Origin: Rhizophagus irregularis | Taxonomy: Eukaryota | Reading direction: 5' to 3' | Assembly (NCBI RefSeq): GCF_026210795.1 | Contig: NC_089429.1 | Span: 3,906,001 to 3,970,000, forward strand | DNA: 64,000 nucleotides | Shown: positions 24,050 to 36,500 of the stretch, piece by piece | Position numbering within the stretch: the stretch's first letter is position 1 | Layout of the letters: every line of letters starts with the position of its first letter | Made by a program: the position numbers and the translations under genes | The notes under the pieces: model-generated | What the model saw: only the letters and a program-made list of their open reading frames with translations | Databases searched by the model: none | What the model was told of the DNA's origin: nothing

Positions 24050-24500
24050 TATTTATCAAAATATTTTGAAATATTACGAAATATTAAGTTGTGTAAAATT
24101 ACAGAATATTACGAATCATTAAATTATGGAGCATTACGCATCATAGAATTTCGAAATATTTTAAAAAGTTGCGAAGTATTACATAGTAAAATTACGGAAT
24201 ATTACGAATCATAAAATTATGAAGCTTTGCATATAGTAATATTTCAAAATATTTTAAAAAGTTACAAAATATTACGCTTACGCAAACCTGCGGTAGGTCT
24301 GAAAATTTATGAAATATTATGTAAAATTACGAAATATTGCGAACCGCAAAATTACGGAATATTACAAATCGTAAAATTATGAAGCTTTGCATATCGTAAT
24401 ATTTCAAAATATTTTAAAAAGTTACAAAATATTACGCTTACGCAAACTTGCAGCGGGTCTGAAAGCTTACGAAATATTATGATGTGTAAACTTGCGCAAC
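24050..24500. repeat. ATTACGAA-rich tandem repeat (~160-bp higher-order unit)
   Basis: attacgcttacgcaaac at 24271 and 24431. Confidence 0.65.
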
Positions 24501-24705
24501 TTTTTGCACTATATAATTTCCTGATGTATATGAAAGATAACAACTACCTTGGATTCATAATCTATTTACATAAATATTAAATTTAGATATATTTAACAAA
24601 TATTTAAATTTATTTGCAACTTTACCTTCAAGATTATTCAAGTAAATAAATTCTCCACTAGTTTGTTTTGCATTACGGGAGTAAAACTAAGAACAATCAA
24701 ACCTA

Positions 24706-25113
24706 ATATGGTGCGGCGCATCTATACTCATCAACAGTCCAAAAATTTATTTTAGGCCGATCTTTACCAAATTAAGTAATAGTTTAGCCTTATTTGGTAA
24801 CATCCCCATTGATCATTGCGTGATTTATTAAATTAGATTTACCTGATTGGCTCAAATCGTAATCACGTGGAAAATTGATTCCAAAATTTCACTATTTTAC
24901 ATAGACTTATATAAAAAATACTCCAACTTAAAAAGCTAATAACTTTTAATCTATAAAAGTTAGAGGAAATTAAATCCGATAGAATGAAAGAGAATCCTTT
25001 AATCTATAATTGTATCAGTTTACTTTTTCAGTTTAACATAAAATTTTAATGAGTTATTGAAGTTTAAAAATACCCAATTTTCATTTGATGAGTATAGATG
25101 CGCCGCACCATAG
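24706..25113. mobile_element. MITE, TA TSD
   Basis: Perfect 28-bp TIR TATGGTGCGGCGCATCTATACTCATCAA. Confidence 0.88.
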
Positions 25114-25575
25114 TAAAAAATTTTTTCCCTTAGTATTAGCGTGGGCTATAGCAACATTTAATGCTTGTTTAGCAGATTCCTTTGCTTTTAATATGATGGT
25201 AGGAAACATCTGAGATTAATATCAATCATATGAACTTCTGCAACTTTGAATAGTAATATCCATAACTGCTAATGCATTTTGCATTGCATGATGATTATTA
25301 CCACTTGCCAAAGCTGCTTCTACAATAAGATGTGAAAAGCTGATCCCCTTAGATTGATTAAAATATGAATCCATATCAATTGTAATATTAAAACCAACAC
25401 AAGATATGTGATAAGATTTATTTTGGAGATTGGTATTATAACAATGGCTACAAGAATAGAAAAACACAAGAGAAAGGTATTATTCCATATCTATCAAGAT
25501 TATAGATCCTATTTTTTTTCATCTAAAATTTCATTTACTGACGTTTTTATTCTTTCAGATTTTTGGTTTCAAATA

Positions 25576-27124
25576 CAGTCAACTCTCTTTATAGTCACAC
25601 ATTTGGGACAGTCCATATTTGGTGATTATAAAGAGATGTGACTATATAAAAAATTTCTTATATTAGTATATCATAATTCCGGCCAAAAATTGACATAATT
25701 TTGGCCAAAATTATACTTAAAACTTTATTGTATCGTAACTCCTCCAATATTAATCGTAAAGAGATGATCTTACCGCCATTCGATTCGTCTTGATGAGACG
25801 GTTCTAATGGTATAAAATACATCGAAATCCAATCACTAGATTAATTTCCGAAATTAAAAAAATATTAATGGTTTTTGTGTAATAACTCTGCCAATATTGA
25901 TCCTAGAGAGACGATCTTACTACCATTCGATTCGTCTTGATGCGACGAATCTAATGGTATAAAATACATCGAAATCCAATCACTAGATTAATTTCCGAAA
26001 TTAAAAAAATATTAATGGTTTTTGTGTAATAACTCTGCCAATATTGATCCTAGAGAGACGATCTTACTACCATTCGATTCGTCTTGATGCGACGAATCTA
26101 ATGGTATAAAATACATCGAAATCCAATCACTAGATTAATTTCCGAAATTAAAAAAATATTAATGGTTTTTGTGTAATAACTCTGCCAATATTGATCCTAG
26201 AGAGACGATCTTACTACCATTCGATTCGTCTTGATGCGACGAATCTAATGGTATAAAATACATCGAAATCCAATCACTAGATTAATTTCCGAAATTAAAA
26301 AAATATTAATGGTTTTTGTGTAATAACTCTGCCAATATTGATCCTAGAGAGACGATCTTACTACCATTCGATTCGTCTTGATGCGACGAATCTAATGGTA
26401 TAAAATACATCGAAATCCAATCACTAGATTAATTTCCGAAATTAAAAAAATATTAATGGTTTTTGTGTAATAACTCTGCCAATATTGATCCTAGAGAGAC
26501 GATCTTACTACCATTCGATTCGTCTTGATTCGACGAATCTAATGGTATAAAATACATCGAAATCCAATCACTAGATTAATTTCCGAAATTAAAAAATATT
26601 AAATAGTTTTTAAGTAGTAACTCCGTCAATATTGATCATAGAGAGATGAGCTTACCACCATTCGATTCGTCTTGATGAGGCGATTCCAACGAGCTATTAA
26701 TCGTCTTTTTACAATCACTAGGTACCGAGATATTTAGCAAAATGTTAAATGGCACAGTAAACGTAAATCAAGGAATATAATAATGCCGATGCTTAACATT
26801 TTGTTGAATAACTCATCAGCCAGTGATCGTAAAAGGATAAAACTACCACCATTCGATTCGTCTCAGTGAGACGATTCTAACAAGCTATGGTGCATCTTTG
26901 TACGATTATTAGATGCCAAGTTATTTAATATATTCTTTATATAACTGTGATTATAAACAATTCTTTTTAATATAAGATTTTTGAGGATAGGTGTGATAGT
27001 GACTATAGATAGATTGTGACTATATAGGATAGATTTTAATAATAAAGTGTTTTGAACATTCAACTGGTGTGACTATATAGTAGAATGTGACTATAATGGG
27101 AGTGACTATAGAGGGAGTTGACTG
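25576..27124. mobile_element. Non-autonomous Tc1/pogo-like element with internal 147-bp tandem array
   Basis: TA|CAGTCAACTCTC ... GGGAGTTGACTG|TA; second copy at 30666-39487. Confidence 0.92.
25746..26720. repeat. 147-bp tandem repeat, 6 full units + 1 diverged
   Basis: Unit starts at 25746, 25893, 26040, 26187, 26334, 26481 and 26628. Confidence 0.95.
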
Positions 27125-27904
27125 TAGTCTTATCATTCAAATTGGATTTTTTATTTCAAATTTTGCAATCTTAGCTTTTAATCATTTAATATTATGATTG
27201 GCATTATACTGTATAATGCTAATTTATCTTTTTCATGCATCACCATAAGAGTTTGTGTGGATTCTGAAAAAATATTTTTTCCATTTTCATTCAATTTTAT
27301 TCCATGAATAATAGGATTTTCTTTATTGCTATAAATTTTTTCAAGTTCATCACTTTTTTATTTAAGGCTATGAACCAAAGTTTTTTCCTTTTTAACCTGA
27401 CTTCGATGGAAAAAACAATTAGAAAAAACCTTATGAACTGTTTTTTGTAGCATTTCTATAATGATAGGTTCATTAAGTCCTAATACTGAAGTATGTGAAA
27501 TATTCTTTAAATTATAATATTTCATCATTAAATGAAAACCTAATTTTTCTTGACCTTGAGCAATACTACAATTAGTAAAAGTAAAATCCTTGCCAAATTC
27601 TTGCCAAAAAAATTGCAAAAAAATCTCTTTTCTTTTAATAGAAAGTTTGAAAAACCTCTTTCCTAAAGAAGTATACACAGTATAGCCCAGCAATAATGGA
27701 ACTCATGAATTTTCATCAAAAGCATTATTTTATAAATGTATATATCCAACATTTACGTTTTGTCTTTGAGTTTGTTCAAGATTATAATGAAAGTTTTTTT
27801 TATTGAAAATTCTGATAACTCTTTATAAACTTTTATTTATCTGTTGGTAATTTTTATAGTTGGAAGGATTTTATTGAATAAGAAGCTAATACCAGGAATG
27901 TGAC

Positions 27905-28067
27905 ATATGGGAGGTGGTCAGTAGAAAAGGAGAAAATCCAAATTTTGGTCAAAATTTTTTTTATCAGTTTACTTTGCCAATCATGATCATGGAAACAAAA
28001 TTAGCTTAATAACCAAAAATCTTAAAATTTTTGAATTTCCCCCTTTTCTACTGACCACCTCCCATAT
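27905..28067. mobile_element. Small MITE
   Basis: TIR ATATGGGAGGTGGTCAGTAGAAAAGG / CCTTTTCTACTGACCACCTCCCATAT. Confidence 0.8.
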
Positions 28068-31000
28068 ATAAATTTTATTATACTGTACATTTTAAATAAT
28101 AACAGTCACCGGAAATATCATATGCAGATCATTTCTATAATAAATCGATTTTGTGTAATATTGATCTAACAACTTTATTTTGTAATTAACCGTCAAATTC
28201 TTATGTACTATGCTTGTGTAAATTACAAAATTTATAGATAATCATGTGTTCTATTAATTTCTATCGTCACTTTCCATTTAAGTAATTTTTTTTTTTATTT
28301 CATGTAAAACCACCTTAAAAAAGTGGTTTTTTTGAGATTGAAGTTGAGAAAAAGAGAAAAATATACTTTTGACGATGATAATATATGCAAAATCACGAGA
28401 AGAAAATGTTTTTCTAAGTTAATAATGGTGGTTGTCTAAGCAGCTTTTGCGTAAAATATAAAAAATCAAATTTTTTCTATTATAGAAAGCATTTTTAATA
28501 CTAAAGACAAAAAAAAAAATAATAAAGCCTCATTTTTTTATGAATTATTAATATATTCTTGTATTTATGACTCTTTTAAATTATATTTGCTGATTATAAT
28601 AGTATTTGCTTATGCTAATTTCACTAATTTCTCTTTAAGTGAGCCAAAATTTATTAATGAATTTGGAATTTTTTATTCTTTTAACTCAGAATTTTTGTTT
28701 AAGGTAAGTTTTGTGCGATGATTTTTGATTTATAATGATAAATATTTCGATCACTAATTTATTTTTCGTTATATAGATTGAATAGATAGGCAATTTCTTC
28801 AATGATGTTAATTTTTGTAAGTTGATTAATACTAAAGTATTATTATTATTTTTTTCATGTTACTGTTACTTTTTTTGTATCTTATATATAGGTTCATTTG
28901 TCTTTTTTTTTATATAGGTTGAATAATAGTTAAAAATCATTTCTTAATGATTTTTGATTTTCGTGATGTCAGATGGATCAGGTGAAAAAAATGTAATTAT
29001 TTATGTGTGTTAATTTATTTTTTTGAAAATCAATTTATTTTTAATTTATATTTACTTATATAGATTATTTTTTTTTTCATGTATAATGGAAATTTCATTA
29101 TCTTTTTAACGCAAATCAAAATATTTCATACGTCATCAAAGAAATCAATTTTATTAGTCTTACAGTATTATGGTAATTGTAATGTTATTAAAATTGTATT
29201 ACATTAACTATTTAATTATTTTAATAAAAAATTTTTAATATTTTAATTAAAAAATGATTTTTTTTTTCATAATAGTGGGTAGTAGGTACGGGTAGGCATG
29301 GTAGTTTGGAGTTCAAGTGTTAGTTGTTTCTTCCTCACTTTCTCCTTCTCCTTTTCCTTGTTCCACTTCCTTTTCCACTTCCTCTTCCACTTTCACTTCC
29401 TCTCTCTCTCCCTCTCTCTCTCCCTTTCCTTTTCTCCTTTTCTTTTTCTTCTCTCATTTCTATTTTCTTTTCCTTCTTCATCTTAGTAATATCAGCAACT
29501 GTAACACGTATAATATTTCTTGCTCTTCTACCAACAGTTGTATAATGTTCTGTTAACAAAATTTCTTGATTTACTATTGTTTATAATCTTTTAATTCCAA
29601 TATCATATGCAGTAACTAATTGATTAACTCCATCATCATTTAAATTATTACAGAATTCAAATACTGGATTTTCAAGAGGATTTTCAGACTCAAAAGCGTT
29701 AATCAATAAATGTGCGAGTTCTCAAATCTTTTCCTTTCGAGATTGAACATTATGTGGACGAGAACTTTGAACAGAATCTCCAATGTAATCACAAATCAGC
29801 ATTTCTGTTCGCTCCTTTTCTAGTTGTGTAGCTTTTATTTTTAATTTTAATTCTTCCCCATCTGTTGGAATTCTTATTACGTTTTGTTTTACAAACGTTA
29901 CCTCAAATATTTCTAACGCTTCGTCATATGCAAAAAAATGTCCAGGGCTCGTTAAATTAACAGATGGTGCTATATGAAGCATTTTACGAAGTAAAGGATC
30001 ATTTTCTATACAATATATATGATATGTTATAGATCTTGCATAATTGGATTTACCAGCAACAGGAAACAAAGGTGAGAAAGCTTTTAAACTTTCATGTTGT
30101 AGATTGAATATTCCCTATCGAATTCCAAACCAATGTGCACGCCAATAGCTAGCCCATTGAAAATACAAATACCAAACTTTTACAAAATTATTTTCTTCAC
30201 TTAAAATACTATCTAACATTTGTTTTTTTTTTTTTAATATATATATAAATTGCAATTCCCACAGAAATCCAAATTAATTCCAACACTTTTGAAGTTGCTC
30301 TGAAGTCTACACCCTTTTCCAATTTATTTAAAAATCATACACCTAATATTCCTGCCATGTTGAATATCCCATAACCTGAAAAAATTGTAATTAATGTCAT
30401 CATCATGTCTTTATTTGTATGCCACTGCCCAAGAATCATTTTTGTTTTTTGATTTGTTTTACAATAACTAATACCTCGTCTAAATATTGCTTCATCAGCA
30501 ACTACATTAATATTTCCATTATTTTCCATACCAATTTCAGTTAAATACATCCTTAGGCATTTATCTACAGCAGAATCATTTGATAGTGGATCTCCAGCAT
30601 TAAGAATTATAACATTGGGAGGTGAAAGTTTAGAACCAACTTCAAAATGGGTCATAATTTGAGTACAGTCAACTCTCTTTATAGTCACACATTTGGGACA
30701 GTCCATATTTGGTGATTATAAAGAGATGTGACTATATAAAAATTTCTTATATTTGTATATCATAATTCCGGCCAAAAATTAACATAATTTTAGCCAGAAT
30801 TATACTTAAAACTTTATTGTATCGTAACTTCGCCAATATTAATCGTAGAGAGATGATCTTACCGCCATTCGATTCGTCTTGATGAGACGGTTCTAATGGT
30901 ATAAAATACGTCGAAATCCAATCACTAGATTAATTTCCGAAATTAAAAAAATATTAATGGTTTTTGTGTAATAACTCTGCCAATATTGATCCTAGAAAGA

Positions 31001-31482
31001 CGATCTTACTACCATTCGATTCGTCTTGATGATACGAATCTAATGGTATAAGATACATCGAAATCCAATCACTAGATCAATTTCCAAAATTAAAAAATAT
31101 TAAATGGTTTTTAAGTAATAACTCCGTCAATATTGATCACAAAGAGATGAGCTTACCACCATTCGATTCGTCTCGATGAGGCGATCCCAACGAGCTATTA
31201 ATCGTCTTTTTACAATCACTAGGTACCGAGAAATCTAGCAAAATGTTAAATGGCGCAGTAAACGTAAATCAAGAAATATTATAATGCCGATGTTTAACAT
31301 TTTGTTGAATAACTCGTCGGCCAGTGATTGGAAAAGAATAAAACTAAAAACAAAAACAAGAACTCTCTCCCGTTCTGCTCACTTGACAATATTTACGAAA
31401 AAATAAAAATTTTTTTTCGGAGTTTTTTATTACTTTTTCTTTATAATTTCTTTATTTTAGATAACTACTCGACACTTTACAA

Positions 31483-33503
31483 ATGGGTAAAGATAACAAA
31501 AAGAAAAATAACCAGTCTAACAAAGATACTACATCTAAACGTCCTGCCTCTAGCTCTCCAACTGGCAACGTTTCTGGTCAAGGTTCCTCTATGTCTGGCC
31601 CTTCGAACACTCCACCTTCGACCACCTCTACTAATAAACGTACCAGAGTCAGTGCTGACGACTCTGTCATGGATGTTGATAAACCTCTCACGCCTCCTGG
31701 CCCTGTTGAGACAACTTCCGCTGAGATACCTTCTCAACCCGATACCTCCTCTCTCGATGCTTCGCAACACGCCCCTGCTAACAACAACGATAAAGGCAAA
31801 AGCCCTGAAATTACTCCCGCAGTCTCCTTCCCTGAACGTGCTGCCTCTCCGGACGCGTCCCAAGCTGCAGTACAATCTCAACCTACACTTTTCTACGCCT
31901 CGGCCGCTCCTAATGATGTCAATGGCTTTTGGAATCACTTCGCTTCGAACCGTGATGCGTGCGACGCAGTTGATTGACAACTTTCCTTGTTCTCCTCTTA
32001 TGGTAGTCGTGCCACGTGTAGTGGATCCAACGATTTGAAGAGGATCATCGTACATTTCCGAAAAAAGGATGATCTAGACAAAGCCACAGCCTCCCCTATA
32101 GATTCTTTGTTTGGTTTGCATTTCCATGCATATGACCCCCAGGCTATTAAGGCAGATGAACACGCGCGTACCCTGGTGGTTACCGATATCCCCCTTTTTC
32201 TAACTGACGCTCTTTTGCGTAGTACCTTTTCTCGTTACGGCAATATTACTCGTTGCCATACCCGTTTATCTAAACTTTATCGTACTGCATACATTACCTT
32301 TGAATCTACTGGTGCTTTACAGAACCTCGACTCTACCTGGGGCGTCCTTTGTGGAGGACATTGTTTGCGTATCTGCCCCGCTACTTTCTCACCTGAATAA
32401 CGCGCTGAAAGACGCGCTTATGTTGCTTTACTTGCCGGTCTCCCGCGTGGCACTATAGTGGTCGATCTTGCTGAAATTGCCGATGAAATTTCTGCTAAAT
32501 CTATCAATGTTCCCTTCTCTATGAATTCTTACAATCCCAAACCTTACGCCTATTGCCATTTTGCCTCGAAACGGCTATGGAAAATGCTAAATCTATTTCA
32601 TGTGCCCTCAAGAAAGTTGGCCTTACCTGGCATTCTCCGGATGAAGTCACTTCTCTTTGTCATCGATGTGGTCGCCCTAATTGTAACCCTGATCGATGTG
32701 GTTCTTCATCTAGACCTAATCGCCCTTCTCGCCCTTGGCAATCTAATGATAAATTACGTGCTTTATATAATAAGCATCTACCTCCTTCTCATCCTGCTAA
32801 ACGACATAACCGTTTTGCCCGCCCTGATAACAATAATGATGGACAAAGCCGTACCAATGCTTCTCGCCATCGTTCTAAATCCAGACCTAACAACCGACAA
32901 CAATCTCGTTCTCGTTCTCAATATCGACCATGGAATCGCGACAATCTTAATAACAACAATAATAATCAACGTCGTGGTATTCCTGATGCAAATGAACTTG
33001 ATCACTATGCTGATGGCATGGATGTTACATACCCTGCTCCTCCTACTGTGCTTACTGATTGGAAATCTATTGGTGCTGCTCTTAAAAAAGTAGTTGAAGA
33101 ATTAGCCCTTCTTACCACACAATTTGCTACCATGAACAGCCGCATCACTAATTTGGAATCTGCTATGGCTGCTCGTGCTCCTATTCCTGGCCCTTTTGTC
33201 ACTAAACCTCCTTCCTACATCCCTTCCTCTATGCAAGGATGGGATGATACAGTGAATCGAAATGATAATAATATCCTCGTTGATGTTAATTCTCCTCCTT
33301 TGCAATCAACAAGTGGTTTTTCCCCAATTCCTCATTTTGCTCCCATTCCACCTTCTAACGTCACCCCTTCCTCTCCTATTGATATGGAACAGCGACTCTC
33401 CTCTCTTTCTGACACTGTTGCCTCTTTGGCTGGCTCGATTAAAGAAGGAATCCAACAAAACAACCTCATCCTAGCTCGGCAACAAGGCCAAGCTAATCAA
33501 TAA
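31483..33503 (+). pseudogene. LINE ORF1 (RRM domains, Cys knuckle, coiled coil); two stops and one frameshift
   Basis: RTLVVTDIPL...FSRYGNI...AYITF (RRM), CHRCGRPNC. Confidence 0.8.
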
Positions 33504-33552
33504 TTGTTCTCTTTTTCCCTCTTCTTTATTACCGATTTATCAGGGTGTAATA

Positions 33553-36500
33553 ATGATGGACAACAATAAATATAATTTTTCCCCTCACCCCTCTCCCCTT
33601 ATTAAATTTGGTCAATTAAATGTTAATGGTTTATGTTCCCCAGTTCGACAACAACATTTGCTTAATTTTTTTCTCCACTCCTCTTTTGGTGCTTTATCTA
33701 TTAATGATACGCGTCTATCCCCTTCAAATGCTAAATTTATTTTTAAAAATGAACACTCCCAACATCACTTTAAGTCCTATTGGGCTTGTTCATCTTCTTC
33801 TTCTCACCCTCATGATGGTGTTGGTATTTTGTTACGTAATCCCCTTCATAAACATGTTCAAACAATTGATCCTTGGAACGGTCGACTTCTTAAATTAGAC
33901 TTGTTCTTTCATCAAACTAAAATTTCTATTATTTCTATATATTATCCCCCTTCTGGTTCTGTTCATCAATCCATTTGCAATGATCTTATTGCCAAACTTT
34001 TTTCTTGGCTCGATTATGCCCGAGCTAATAATTATTTTGTAGTTATTCTTGGCGATTTCAATGCTGATGTAATCGCTCATTCTAATTATTCACCTAATCA
34101 TTTTAAGCTTCTTCGCTCGCTTTCTTCTCGGTTTTTTACCGATCATCAAGCTCACTCCTCTACAAATGGTCCTGATCCCACTTTCTTTCATGATAATGGA
34201 TCTTCTAGACTGGATTATATTTGGTCTTCACCTGGTTTTCCCCTGCCCCTGGTCTTTTTTCGCAAGTGGTTACTTGCCCGGATCTTCTTGATCGTCCTTT
34301 TACAGATCACAAAGTTCTTTCAACTGTTTTTGACTTCAGTTCTTGCCTGGCTATTTTGGCTAAGTCCCGTCTTAAACAAAAAAAAGAAATGCGTACTATT
34401 TTCTCTTACGCTTCCACTTCAGTTGAACAATGGAATAATTTTACCACTGAAGTAGATGATTCTCTTGGAGTTTATTTAGATAGACAATATCACCCCAATT
34501 TTGATTTCTCCTCTCTTTCTCTTGATCGTATGTGGCATGCATTGAAAGCTGCCATAATTAGTGCTGCAATTGAAACTTTACCCTTTCAAAAAGTCTCCAA
34601 CACACACCGACATTCGTACTCTCCTGAATTAACTAAACTTATTGCTATTAACAAGTTTTTAGATCGATTTTTATATCGCCTTACTACTCGTCGTTCTAAT
34701 CGGCTTACTCAGATTGCGCAAATGACTGCCGCTTTGCCCTTCCATCTTGATAATCTTGCATTCTTACTCCCTGATTACTCAATTCCTACCTATTCTACAA
34801 CCCCTGTATCTGTATTTAAATCGTTTTTACGATCACAGAAAAATTTAGTTTCTGCCTTTTTATCTACTAAATTCGCCCAACACCTTACGGACTCAGTGGA
34901 ATATTATACCGCACTACGTGACGAACACTTTTCGAACTCGCTCGGCACCTTTATAGATTCTGCCTTATCAGTAGAAAAACGTTCAATTGTTCTTGACCGT
35001 GTTCTGGTCGTTTTGGACTCAACTCCTACTTTATTAACGGATCCTTCGGATATTAAACAAGCTGCTGTTTCTCATTTTCAATCGATTGTTTCTCCTCCGT
35101 TGGTCCGCTATTCTTCCATCACTTCATTTCCCGCCCGATGGCAACAAGCTTACACTCCTCTTACAAATGTGTCTGCTTCATTATATGATCCTGTTTTGGC
35201 GCCTATTTCCCTACAAGAATGGTCTACTGTGATTTCCTCCATGCCAAATAACAAAGCTTCCGGCCCTTCAAAAATTTCTTATGAAATGATTAAACATCTG
35301 TCCGGGGAAGCCTTGGATTTCTCTCTTTTATTGGCCAATACCTGCCTTTCTCGCGGTGATATTCCTGCTGACTGGCGTGAAGCTGTGGTTTATCCTATTC
35401 CTAAACCTCACGAATTTGATGCTCAACTCAAAAACACTCGACCTATTACCCTTCTGGAAACAGTTCGAAAATGTGTTGTTAAGGTCGTCACGAATCGTCT
35501 CTCCAATATTCTTGCTGATAATAAAGTTCTCCAAGGAGGTAACTTTGCTGGCTTACCTGGTGGTTCTACTGATGTCCCTATCAAAATGCTTGATGCGATT
35601 ATCCATCAACATAAACATGACTCTACTGATGATCAGGAACTATGGATCGTTTCTCAAGATATCTCTAAAGCTTTTGATTCTATGGATTTAAATATGCTTA
35701 AACTAGCTTCAGATAGATTACATATCCCTGCACTTTTAGTGCGATTTATTTTGAATCTTTTTACACGCCGAAATAATAAGATTATTACTTGTCATGGCGA
35801 TACAGCTGCTTATAGAGTACGTGTTGGTATCGATCAAGGAGAAATCATTTCCCCTCTTCTTTGGGTTATTTATTTGGATCCCTTACTCACTGTTTTGAAT
35901 CAAGAAGCACGAGATCCTTTTATTTTAAAATCTTCAGCTCTTTTAAATTATTCTCCACTTGAATTTGAACAACATTCTTTAACAATTTCACATTTAACGT
36001 TTATGGATGATTCTACACTTATTGCTTCTTCAAAATCTGGAATAGAAGATCGTCTTTCTATTACTGCTGAATTTTATACTTTAAATAATGTTCAAGCTAA
36101 TTCAGCTAAATATGTTCTTCTTTCATCTTCTTCCCCTTCTTCAAAGGTTATTTTTGATCTTACACCTTCCTTTTTAGTCTCTGATTTATCTCTTTCCCTT
36201 TCTTCTCTATCTTCGCATGCTTCCTTTCGCTTTTTAGGCGTTTGGTTTTCTTTATCCGCCTCTTCTAATTTTGTTCTCAAACAAGCGCGCTCCATGGTTA
36301 AAGATATGGCAGCTCTCCTGGGACCGAAGAAATTATTAGCACAACATGTGGCCTATCTCTACAATGCTGTCCTTCTTCCGCGATTGGAATTTCGTCTTCA
36401 AACTACCCTTTTCTCTGAAAGTACTATTCAATCAATTGTCAAGCCTCTGTTTTCAGTACTTCGAAGAAAAGCTGGTCTTGCTATGACTACTCCGTTGCCC

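Larger units (their letters stand above)
25130..27890 (-). pseudogene. Degenerate transposon-type gene (Mutator-like transposase N-terminal region), interrupted by the 25576-27124 element
   Basis: CSHC...CVGF...SFSHLIVEAALASGNNHHAMQNAL..MDIT; ORF fragments lie on both sides of the insertion. Confidence 0.4.

Noticed and set aside
25746..26885. CRISPR-like array of palindromic repeats
   Set aside because: The spacers are identical (plain tandem repeat), the context is eukaryotic, and there are no cas genes.
26863..27063. Duplicated 66-aa ORF (also 39226-39426)
   Set aside because: It is subterminal sequence of a non-autonomous element; the duplication reflects the TE copy.
29298..29556. Several overlapping plus-strand ORFs
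   Set aside because: They are shadows of a low-complexity purine-rich (GRGRG/EKEK) tail of the minus-strand transposase.
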